A DNA stretch of 64,000 bases from Balanoglossus misakiensis (lineage: Eukaryota > Animalia > Hemichordata): NCBI GenBank assembly GCA_040954595.2, contig CM082595.2, forward strand, positions 10,157,918 to 10,221,917, given 5' to 3'. The notes below the pieces were generated by a model that had not been told where the DNA came from, ran no database searches, and saw only the letters and a program-made list of their open reading frames with translations. The position numbers and the translations under genes are program-made. This document shows, piece by piece, positions 39,795-51,433 of the stretch (position 1 is its first letter; each line of letters begins with the position of its first letter).

Positions 39795-41989
39795 GTTTCA
39801 TGGTTGATTATGTGGTATGTCGAACATACACCAATATCTGACAAAGTTTGATAAGTTTAATCCGGTGGATAAACTTTTTTTTGGGGGGGGGTCACATTTT
39901 ACAGTTGAAGAATTTAGGGGGGGGGGCACATTTTAGAAAAGTAATTTCGAGGGGGGGGTTGCCTTTTACATTTAGTCGGCGACTCAAATTTCACCGCCCC
40001 CCCCCCCCTCCCTGTAAAAAACGAATGCTCCCTAAGATTTGAGACAGCTCAATCTGCATGTTATCAACAACTGCGTTCAGTTTGTTTCACCTGTTGTTAT
40101 ATCCTGTTGTTATATCCAGGATTGTTGTTGCTACCCTTATTTATACCCCTATAAATAGGGGTAGCCAAATGGCGGCGTTCATTGTGTAATTGACTCTGAA
40201 GGAGGCAACACGCGGACACACGCTCCCGAGAATGCATGATTTTCCGAAGTTTTCGACCACAAAATCCTTCACAATGCATACAAATTCCACCATGAATATG
40301 TATCCTACCGATTTATGGCGTAAATTCCCCAGAGAGACGCAAATCAGGGGCGATTTTCAGCATTTCTTGGCGTCGATGGTAACCGCTTAAAGCCCCTAGA
40401 GCTGCCAAATTTCACGGATTTTCTTCCACAGTAAAACACTTCAAATATATTCCCTATCCTCTAAAATCCTCACCATTAAGCCATATTACTTGCATTTGCA
40501 TCAGTTTGTCATCTCTTGGTGATGCATACCACGATAGCTGCGTACTGTTTGTATGGAGGCTGATTAAACTGTTTTAATACATAGCATTTTCAAATCGCTA
40601 CATACAGCCATAATCGGGCATCGGTAAAGTGTTCACATATACCTCAGTAAAATAAAATTGTGAAAATAATGCAAAAAGTGGCAGCTATAGAGGCTTTAAT
40701 GTATTTCCCCATCTTTTAGGTCTCCATTTTGATTCACAATTTCATGTCAACAAGTTCACATTCTACCACCACATCACATCTACACATCAACTATCACTGT
40801 GATAGAAGCTACCATTTTCAAGTTAAAGATATACAGTCACCGCCAATTTACATACACCCATATATGGCTGAAATAGAGTATTTGCGGGTTCTAAATAACA
40901 TATGGCGGCGCTCTTTTTTTCGCATGTGCCACCCACTGAAAATCCGTGATTGGCTAGATCTCAAGTTAACGTGGTAACTGTAGCTAAATTTCCATAAGTG
41001 ACCGTATACCTTCTCTACACGTACTGTTGACTGACACACACAATCCCCTAACTCTCAACACATACATACAAAGACCCAACCCACTCCACATGTAGTCACC
41101 ATGGCCATGCCACCTGGCCTGCAGGCTACCACATCCAAAAGCATACACACACACAATACATGTCAATTTTACATGAGAAGCGGCTCATGTACTTTATTCT
41201 AAACTTGAATGATATATAAACTGAAAATTTACCCCGCACCAAAACCCAGAGATAAAACCCTTTTTTCAGGATAAGGGGAAAAAACTCTGGGAAAGCGTAG
41301 GTAATTCACCAACTTTACAAAAAATTATATTTCTAAATTCATGCCTCTTTGAAAACCCTACTTTCAAGTTAAGATGCTAATCTGTTACACAAAATAGCAG
41401 GTTCACAGAAAGAAAATGTTGGAAGTTTAACAATACCAAGCAAAATTTGGTATTGTATGTCTAAACTAAAACTGACAAAAATTAATATTTCATCTCTGAA
41501 TGAATAAAGTGTTCTCAATAAATCATAATAGGTTTGGTGTTACACTGTTCTAAATGTAGCATTTACAATTAAAGGGCAACTACCTGTAATTTTTGGTACA
41601 GAATTGTTAATATTGACAAATGCATTCAATTGACTTGAATACAATTGTTAACAATAACAATGCTGATTATGCATACCAGAAATCGTGGTGCATAAATAGA
41701 CCAAAATTACGTACTGAAAAATTGGTCAAATGTAACACATAGTGGACCTTAATGTCTATGAGAATAAATCTCAAACAATGTCACGTGAACGTAAAATCTT
41801 AAATTTCATATTAAAATACAAAAAGAATAAAGTCATACTATTGAACACTGCACACAGTTGAGTCTAAAGTGACTAATGTACTGGGGGCGATCCCAAACAG
41901 AAACAGGTCATATAGTCATAAATATCCCCCACCCTTATAAAGACCCCTTTCTCCTTGGGATGGCTCCTGTGATAAAATGAAACTGTGCT

Positions 41990-44100
41990 GGACTTGAAGA
42001 GATATACGCAGGAAACCTCATCAGTTACAGCCACTGCGAAGACTTCATTGATGATCCCCCAAAATTGGGGGGAAAATGTAGATGAATGTTGAAATCTTCA
42101 AAAGCAAATTGAAAGTATTTTACTGTCAGAAAAGTGTAAATAATGTGTTGCCTGTAAGCCATGATGCATGATCTCCATGCCATTCAATTTATGAGCGAAT
42201 TTACTGATTTACTACCCTCCCCCAGAAATACAAACAAAACAAAACAATTATGAATATATGGCTTCTGCAAACTCATTATTTAGCAAATTAAAATCTTATC
42301 TGATAAAGTCACTTGAAAATGTGAAAGACCCTCTTAAATTGAGGAAAAAGAGGAATGTTAAAATGTAAAATAACTGAAAACTGAATGTGTATAAAACTTC
42401 TTAAAAAGAAGTATATCATTGTAAATAATGTGTTGCCTGTAAGCCATGATGCATGATCTCCATGCCATTCAATTTATGAGCATTTTTACTGATTTACTAC
42501 CCTCCCCCCGAAATACAAACATAACAATTATGAATATATGGCTTCTGCAAACACATTATTTAGCAAATTAAAATCTTATCTGATAAAGTCACTTGAAAAT
42601 GTGAAAGACCCTCTTAAATTAAGGAAAAAAAGAATGTTCAAATGTAAAATAACTGAAAACTAAATGTGTATAAAATAGAGAAAACTTCTTGAAAAGAAGT
42701 ATATCATTGTAAATAATGTGTTGCCTGCAAGCCATGATGCATGATCTCCATGCCATTCAATTTATGAGCAAATTTACTGATTTACTACCCTCCCCCCGAA
42801 ATACAAACAAAACAATTATGAATTTATGGCTTCTGCAAACACATTATTTAGCAAATTAAAATCTTATCTGATAAAGTCACTTGAAAATGTGAAAGACCCT
42901 CTTAAATTGAGGAAAAAGAGGAATGTTAAAATGTAAAATAACTGAAAACTGAATGTGTATAAAACTTCTTAAACAGAAGTATATCATTGTAAATAATGTG
43001 TTGACTGTAACCCACGATGCATGATCTCCATGCCATTCAATTTTTTAGCGAATTTACTGCCCCCCCCCAAAAAAAAATACAATCAAAACAAAACAATTAT
43101 GAATACATGGCTTCTGCAAACACATTATTTATGTTCTTATAAAGGAAATTTTCATCAATAAAATCAAAGGACTGCAAACACTCAGACGATGCATAAATAC
43201 TTGGCAATGTCAAGCCAAAGCAAATTACCTCGTCTGATACAGCCATTGGAAAAAAGTTCATTAAAGACCCTCGAACATTGAGGAAAAAGGCTAAAGATGT
43301 GCGTTTAAATAACTCAAAACTAAAAGTGTATAAAATAAAGAAAACTCCACAATGTGAAGTTTTTTTATTGTCCACAAAGTTTAAATAATGTGTTGCCTGT
43401 AAGCCATGTTGCATAGGCTCAATGCTATTCAATTTAAGAGCAAATTCACCAATATACCCCCCCCCCCGCCAAAAAAAAACAATTATGCCTATATGGCTAC
43501 TGCAAACACATTATTTATGTATTTAAAAAGAAAAAAAATCATCAAAAATCAAAGCACTATAAACCTAGTAATCACACAATGCATATACATGCAACGATGC
43601 AAATGCATTAAAAGTGTGATATGAAAATACTTAATTATGTCAAGTAAAGGCAAAATCATTAAGGTAATATTAAAGAACCTACTTGTGCACTGAGTCTGTT
43701 GATTGGGGCCGTCGTTGTGTGGGACTCGCTAGCAATGCGGGGAAAATCTATTGATTATCGACAGACTCAGTGGGCAAGACGTGACCATAAAATAGATATA
43801 CCAACATATCTAACTGTTGAATACTACGCAAACAAAAAAACCCCAACTAATGAACTGATCCCAGGAAACTACACTGGACTTGAAGGATCTATTGCATGTT
43901 TTAGAGGACTTGAAGTATTTATTGAAATATTTTTCTCATCATGAAATTAAGTTAGTCATGCTAAACTATGGTATTATAAAACATATTGCAATTGAAACCT
44001 TCTCATCTGTTATAGCCATTGGAAAAATTCATTAAAGACATACCCTAAAAACATAGGAAAAAGAACACAGACAGATAATAAAATCCTAAAAATTTTAAAA
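41990..44100. repeat. Tandem array of a ~285-bp unit; well-conserved core 42136-43130 with diverged flanking copies
   Basis: GTAAATAATGTGTTG.CTG occurs at 42136, 42421, 42709, 42989 and (diverged) 43382; related AGCCA.TG/TTCATTAAAGAC blocks at ~42030, ~43240 and ~44015. Confidence 0.85.
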
Positions 44101-44286
44101 TGCACACACATACATACCGTATTCTTTATTTATAATATGGGAAAGTACAACGGAGCAAGCGACAGATGCACGCGCGCGCGCGCAAAAACATAAATTGCTT
44201 GAAGACGGACTGCAATCTTGGGATTCTTGGGATCTTGTAGAGAACCAGCTTCATCAGATGACCAAAAACATCCTAGGCGCGGAAAG

Positions 44287-44929
44287 AACACAACCACGGC
44301 AAACACAGAGGCCAGAATGTGATGAGAGAGTAGTCACAGACACCCAAAAATGTCGACAATTCGAATATGAATTCGAAAACACAACCACGGCAAACACAGA
44401 GGCCAGAATGTGACGAGAGAGTAGTCACAGACACCCAAAAATGTTGACAATTCGAATATGAATTCGAAAACACAACTACGGCAAACACAGAGGCCAAAAT
44501 GTGACGAGATGTAGTCACAGACACCCAAAAATGTCGACAATTCGAATAAGAATTCGAAAACACAACCACGGCAAACACAGAGGCCAAAATGTGACGAGAT
44601 GTAGTCACAGACACCCAAAAATGTTGACAATTCGAATATGAATTCGAAAACACAACCACGGCAAACACAGAGGCCAGAATGTGACGAGAGAGTAGTCACA
44701 GACACCCAAAAATGTCGACAATTCGAATATGAATTCGAAAACACAACCACGGCAAACACAGAGGCCAGAATGTGACGAGAGAGTAGCCACAGACACCCAA
44801 AAATGTCGACAATTCGAATAAGAATTCGAAAACACAACTACAGCAAACACAGAGGCCAGAATGTGACGAGAGAGTAGTCACAGACACCCAAAAATGTCGA
44901 CAATTCGAATAGGAATTTGAAAACACAAC
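44287..44929. repeat. Minisatellite, 7 copies of a 90-91-bp unit
   Basis: Unit AACACAACCACGGCAAACACAGAGGCCAGAATGTGACGAGAGAGTAGTCACAGACACCCAAAAATGTCGACAATTCGAATATGAATTCGAA repeated with few changes. Confidence 0.97.
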
Positions 44930-44967
44930 ACAGAGAGTACTCCGAGGCATCCAACAATTTTGAAAAT

Positions 44968-45013
44968 ATACATACATACATACATACATACATACAGACA
45001 GACAGACAGACAT

Positions 45014-45056
<43 letters not shown>

Positions 45057-45060
45057 TACA

Positions 45061-45130
<70 letters not shown>

Positions 45131-45425
45131 ACATACATACATACATACATACATACATACATACATACATACATACATACATACATACATACATACATAC
45201 ATACATACATACATACATACATACATACATACATACATACATACATACATACATGCATACATACATACACACACACACACACGGGTACATGCAAACATAC
45301 AACGACACAAATAAATATATAAATAAATGAATGAATGAACGAGTGAATGAATGAATGAATAAATGTATGTATGTATGTATGTATGTATGTATGTATGTAT
45401 GAATGAATGGATGGATGGATGAATA
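44968..45425. repeat. Compound microsatellite (TACA)n-(GACA)n-(TA)n-(TACA)n-(CA)n-(TGAA)n-(TGTA)n-(TGGA)n
   Basis: Directly visible simple repeats. Confidence 0.98.
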
Positions 45426-46769
45426 AATGTACAATACTAGTAAATCATGCCTATATCCAGTACATTCTGGAAAAATGACCGTCCAAGTTTATAGAGAGAG
45501 AGAGAGAGAGCCAGTCAAAAAATGTTCAATGTTGGTCAACTGTTCATTGTCATATTTGCTATCTGTGTCAATACAGGACTAATGCTGTAAACCCTTTATA
45601 TTCTGTTTACCATTCGGCTTTAATATCTTAACTTGACTTTTTCTTTATATGTGGGTGCAATTATGCTACAAAGCTAAACAGTAAACCCCTGAAGGCTGCT
45701 GTACCCTGTGCAATTAACGTAAATTTACACTAAGTGCTTGCTACATGCAATGCTTATTGTGCCTATAGGATTCAACAACCTTCAGGTTATGCTGAATAAA
45801 TCATGGTGATAATTTAGCAGTGTTGGCAAACTGAAGTGTACAATTTAGTTTTAACCTACTTAAACCCTCTCTCTCTGACACAATGACAAAAAATGCTATC
45901 AGAATAATACATTTGTAATACAGATCATATAAATGAGGAAGGGATTGATTAATGTTCAATTTCGTCCCGTGGGAGAAGTTCTATTCTTGGAATGACGATG
46001 GAATCAAAGTCAGTAAAATAAAGTCATCCTGGAAGGAAACTTCTCTGCATCCGATTCACTGGGGCTTCTGCATTCATACATGTATCCTCTTCTTGCCTAT
46101 GCACAGAAAGACGACATAACACTCACCTTGTATTGATTGATTGATTACAGCAAATAAGAGACATTCAACATTCACACAGAAAGGAAAATATGCTCCTGTC
46201 AAACACTGAACATGGGTAAAAAAGGGGCCCAGGATGTGACAACATCTGATCAGGTCACTTCTTGATCACTATGTAATATGGTGGTAGAACACACTTGGGC
46301 CCCACTTTTGTATTTTTGTCTGGCGTGACACTCCCTTAAAACTCTACCAAATGAAGATAAGCCCGCGTCAAAAGAGTGAATTGAAGTCCGCGAAACTACA
46401 AGTTAAAAAATCTGCTGTTTTTCATCAGGCAATGAACTGGTTGAATGCATATTGGAAGAGAAAGCAATAGGATGGATTGGACATCAGTTACAGTATTCCG
46501 AGTATGGCGTTGACTCCTCTCTCTGTACAGTAATTATGAATAAGTGGAAAGACCAGCTGTGGGCATAAATGCTATAAAATCAGACCCAGTTCATCATGCA
46601 TTGCTGGATGAATATTTATCCCGACTGAAGCACACAGTATATACCGACCATGTGCACTTCCAGTGTTTTTATATAATATGGATGTGTATAGGAGCATTTC
46701 AGGGGGTGGGGTGGGGGGGTTGCTATCAAGTAGGGGGGGGGGCTTGCTATCAAGTAAAATGAAGGAATG

Positions 46770-49070
46770 CATCGACTTTTATTATCAGTGGCCCGTAAGG
46801 TTAATGCTATGTTACCTTTGAAGTGCTTGGCGGCTATACCGGTACAAGCATGCACAGATCTATGTTGATAGACATTACTCATCACAGGGACCAGTGACTG
46901 TTATCTGCAAAAATGAAAAATATGCCAATAAGTATTTCTGTGTCAAACAGCACGGCAAAATGTAACTATATGGACAGAGATGATCTCCTGTCTTCATGAA
47001 CAATACAATACGTTGTACAGGGGCCTCCAAATGAGCAATTAAATTCTATGCTGTCATCCATGGCGTCTAGGAAATCTTTAACAGAATAAGAATTATCTTA
47101 TGTTACCCTCAGACACCACTTGGCTGCAATACAGGCATGTACACACATCCAGTTCGACAGATCAATGTTGATCACCAGAGAGAAACCATTATCTGCAAAA
47201 ATGGAAAATATGACAAAGTATTTTAGTGTCAAAAAACATGACAGTAAAATGTATGGACAGATGATCTCCTGGATGGACAATACAATAAGTCACACACTGC
47301 CCTCCAAAATGAGCAATTAAATTATATGCATTCATCTATGGGGTCTAGGAAATCTTTAGGAGAAAAAGAATTATCTTATATGTTACCCTCAGACACCAAT
47401 TGGCTGCAATACAGGCATGTAATAATAATAATAATAATAATTTATTTGTATAGCGTCAGTATCCACAAAAAATGTGATCAATGACGCTTAAGGCAAAAGT
47501 ACAATACAACAAATGGCTAAAAAACAGATTTAAAAAGTAAAGTTTTAACATTTGATTTAAAAACAGATAAGTCTGGTGCCTGGCGAATGGTGAGTGGAAG
47601 ATTATTCCAAAGAATTGGAGCAGCAACAGTAAAAGCACGATCACCATAACTCTTGGTGCGTGATCGAACAGGGCAGAGTTTGAACTGATCAGCTGACCTT
47701 AAATTGCGACATGGAACATATAGATTAGTCATGCTAGAAAGATAGATTGGACCAAGTTTATGAATGGATTTAAAAATGAGAACTAACATCTTAAAAACAA
47801 TACGCTCTGTAACAGGTAGCCAGTGCAACTGATACAAAATTGGAGTGATGTGACAGGTGATTTTAGAACGAGTTACAATTCTAGCAGCAATATTCTGAAC
47901 GCGTTGGATACGGTTGATTGAATACTTCGGGAGCCCAAATAAAAGTGAATTACATGAATCAATTCGAGACGTAATGAATGCATGAACTAATTGCTCTGTA
48001 GCTGAATGAGATAAATATTTGCGGATAAGCGCAATGCGACGTAAATTAAAAGTGGCAGAGCGGCAGATCTGTCCAATATGTGGCTTCATTGTCAGACAAG
48101 AGTCAAGGATCACTCCAAGGCTCTTGGCCTGACAATGGACGGGAATCAGAGAATCGCCAACACGAATTTCTGAAATCCCTCTAGCAGACAGATCACCCAA
48201 AATACCAGAGAAAATAACAAATTCAGTCTTATCATCGTTTAAGCACAAGAAGTTTTCAGACATCCAAAACCTAACATCAGAAATACAAAGTTCAAGATTT
48301 GAAACAGTTCTTGCTGCGTTGTCTTTACTAAAAGACATATAAAGTGAAGAGTCATCTGCATAAAAAACTATAAAGACAACCATGACTTTGAACTAATTCA
48401 CCTAATGGAGACGTGTACATATTGAAAAGTATGGGACCAAGAACTGATCCCTGTGGTACCCCAGAGTCGAGCGGATAGAAAGGTGATTGGGTGGAATTTA
48501 CAAGTACACACTGACTACGATTGGAAAGGTAAGACTTAAACCACATGAGAACAGTATCTGAGAGACCGAAGCGGTCTCTTAAGCGATTGAGTAAAATGGT
48601 ATGGTTCACAGTGTCAAATGCTGCGGAAAGATCGAGTAATACCAAGATGTGTACACACATCCAGTTCGACAGATCATCAATGTTGATCACCAGAGAGAAA
48701 CTATTATCTACAAAAATGGAAAATATGACAGTATTTTAGTGTCAAAAAATAAGGCAGTAAAATGTAAGGATAATCTCCTGGATGGACAATACAATAAGTC
48801 ACACACTGCCCTCCAAAATGAGCAATTAAATTCTATGCTGTCATTTATGGGGTAAAGGAAATCAAAGAAGAACAATAATTATCTTATGTTACCCTTGCAA
48901 ACTACTGTACTGCTTTACAGGCTTGAATATACATCTAGTTTGGCAGATTTTGATCAACAGCTAGATACCCCTTTCTGCAAAAAATGGAAAATATGCTAAT
49001 AAGTATTTCTGTGTCAAACAACATAATGGTAAAATATATCTATGGACAGAGATGATCTCCTGTCTTCATG
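46770..49070. repeat. Degenerate tandem array of a ~285-290-bp unit, split by an L2 insertion
   Basis: TATGTTACC anchors at ~46808, 47099, 47381 and 48885; shared CTGCAAAAATGGAAAATATG, TATGGACAG..ATGATCTCCTG and CTCCAAAATGAGCAATTAAATT blocks; the unit broken at 47421 resumes at ~48650. Confidence 0.85.
47421..48648 (-). mobile_element. 5'-truncated L2/CR1-type LINE (~1.23 kb): RT C-terminal half, 3' UTR and (TTA)n tail
   Basis: LVLLDLSAAFDTVNH, GVPQGSVLGPILF, YADD, LNDDKTE, LVHAFITSRIDSCNSLL, HITPILYQLHWLPV and RAFTVAAPILWNNLP; stop at 47517; one frameshift in an A6 run (~48362-48367); 3' end CGCTATACAAATAAA(TTA)n; possible short TGTA duplication. Confidence 0.95.
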
Positions 49071-49104
49071 AATGTAATGTACTTCAATGGCTGGTTACTC
49101 AAAT

Positions 49105-50087
49105 TTAATTTGCATACTCACACCACAGGAATCATGTTACCTGGTTACCAACTTGGCATCTGGACAGGAGGATATTGGGCATCATGGAAATCTGAAACTA
49201 ATGAGACAAAATTGTGTAAATAGACAATTATAACTGACTGCTATGACCTTCAACTTGGCTCCAATCCATAATTATTTCTCGTTGGGTGCTCAGTTGTTTC
49301 TGGTTGAAAGGCGACTAGTGCAAAGTGTCCAGGAAAACACAGAGACACGGAGATGTCACATGACTGCAAGCCATGAGCCATTATTTTGCATACTCACACC
49401 ATAGGAATCATGTTACCCGGTTACCAACTTGGCATCTGGACAGGAGGATATTGGGCATCATGGAAATCTGAAACTAATGAGAAAAAATTGTGTAAATAGA
49501 CAATTATAACTGACTGTTATGAACTTCAACTTGGCTCCAATCCATAATTATTTCTCGTTGGGTGCTCAGTTGTTTCTGGTTCAAAGGCGACTAGTGCAAA
49601 GTGTCCAGGATAACACAAGAGACACGGAGATGTCACATGACTGCAAGCCATGAGCCATTTATTTGCATACTCACACCATAGGAATCATGTTACCCGGTTA
49701 CCAACTTGGCATCTGGACAGGAGGATATTGGGCATCATGGTAATCTGAAACTAATGAGAAAATTTGTGTAAATAGACAATTATTACTGACTGCTATGAAC
49801 TTCAACTTGGCTCCAATCTATAATTATTTCTCGTTGGGTGCTCAGTCGTTTCTGGTTTCAAGGCGACTAGGGCAACGTGTCCAGGAAATCACAAGAGACA
49901 CGGAGATGTCACATGACTGCAAGCCATGAGCCATTAATTTGCATACTCACACCATAGGAATCATGTTACCTGGTTACCAACTTGGCATCTGGACAGGAGG
50001 ATATTGGGCATCATGGAAATCTGAAACTAATGAGAAAAAACGTGTAAATAGACAATTATAACTAACTGCTATGAACTCCAACTTGGC
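49105..50087. repeat. Tandem array, ~3.6 copies of a ~277-bp unit
   Basis: ATCATGG(A/T)AATCTGAAACTAATGAG at 49181, 49457, 49734 and 50010. Confidence 0.95.
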
Positions 50088-50697
50088 TGCTAACAATCCC
50101 CAACACCTGCAACAAATAATAAATAGTAAATATTAATTGATTATCATAGACTGGTTGAGTTTAATGTTACCTATGGTACACTTACATTGTATTTTCCCTT
50201 TTAATCTGGTGGGTAGTTAGCTATCTGATGTACATTAACCATTGTAAAACTCTAGGATCTGATAAACTTATTTATTTATCCAATAGACTAACAAAATGTG
50301 AAAATATTTATATTTCTATGGGAGAAACATGGACCGGTACTCAGTCAACTAATCATTATGGGGGACTAAATTTCTACAAATTTAAAATTATTCCTGTAAT
50401 TATCACCTGTCTATATATTATGTACATTGTAATTGCTAAACTATACCATTCACTGGGTTTAGCTCCTTACTGGAAAATTGCCATTACAATTTATGCCCAG
50501 TTGTGGGTTTAAGAAAAATACACAGTGATAAAAACTGCAAAATTATTAATGTAGTTTTCAAAAGTTATTCCCTAAAATCATCAGACATAAGTACTAAATT
50601 ATCACTTAAAGCTAAGCCTACTAATCAATACAAATTCAGCAGAATATTTAAGTTCCATGGCTGAGGATTAATGAGAAAACAACACATTTCTTATTTA

Positions 50698-50767
50698 TCA
50701 TTATCATCATCATCATCATCATCATCATAATCATCATCATCATCACCATCATTGCCATCATCATCAC

Positions 50768-50808
<41 letters not shown>

Positions 50809-50905
50809 CCATCACAACCGTCATCAACATCAGTACAACCATCAATGCCATCACCATAACAACTAGCAATAACAATTAACATCAAAACTGCCAACACCAT
50901 CACCA
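50698..50905. repeat. (CAT)n microsatellite, degenerating rightwards
   Basis: Directly visible. Confidence 0.95.
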
Positions 50906-51433
50906 ACATTAACAGAAATAAAATCAAAATGTTGAATGACCCATGAAAATCAGAAACTGTCAACCAACAGCATTCTACAAAGTCACTAGTTTGTTAATCT
51001 AGCTGAGGTGATTGTATTATACTCTAAAATATTATATGTTTATTATTATCAGTTTGTAAATTTTTAAGTCTAAGAATATTATAATATTAAAATTTCAAAT
51101 GGCAATTTTTTTATACGCATAGCTGACATTATACACCAGTAATTCTGAATGTTCTTTTACTAAAGTACTGCAATTTCCAAAACAGCCATGTTATGTAAAT
51201 TATTTTCCAATTTTCAAACGAGTGCTAACTTCACTGATGAAAAGGGGGAATTTAGACAATGAGCTGTTGGTGAAACTGACTGGATGGTATTAAAACACAA
51301 TTAAATACAGATCTGGAACATAAATGTTATACAATGCAATGTTATATCATATTATTTAATCTGGAAAGAAATCATGCATTTGAGACACATCAATTGTGAT
51401 CACAATTACCGGTTCAATGCAAACACTGTCTGG

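Larger units (their letters stand above)
38401..40032. mobile_element. PIF/Harbinger-like non-autonomous element, family A copy 1 (1632 bp), with captured cargo and a nested MITE
   Basis: TIR GGGAGCATTCGTTTTTTACAGGGAGG(G)nCGGTG at 38401 with its reverse complement ending at 40032; flanked by TAA (38398-38400) and TAA (40033-40035), the PIF/Harbinger-type 3-bp TSD. Confidence 0.9.

Noticed and set aside
44195-45434. Long ORFs of 120-204 aa (MYVC, HTYI, VFAVVVF repeats)
   Set aside because: They are translations of the 91-bp minisatellite and tetranucleotide microsatellites.
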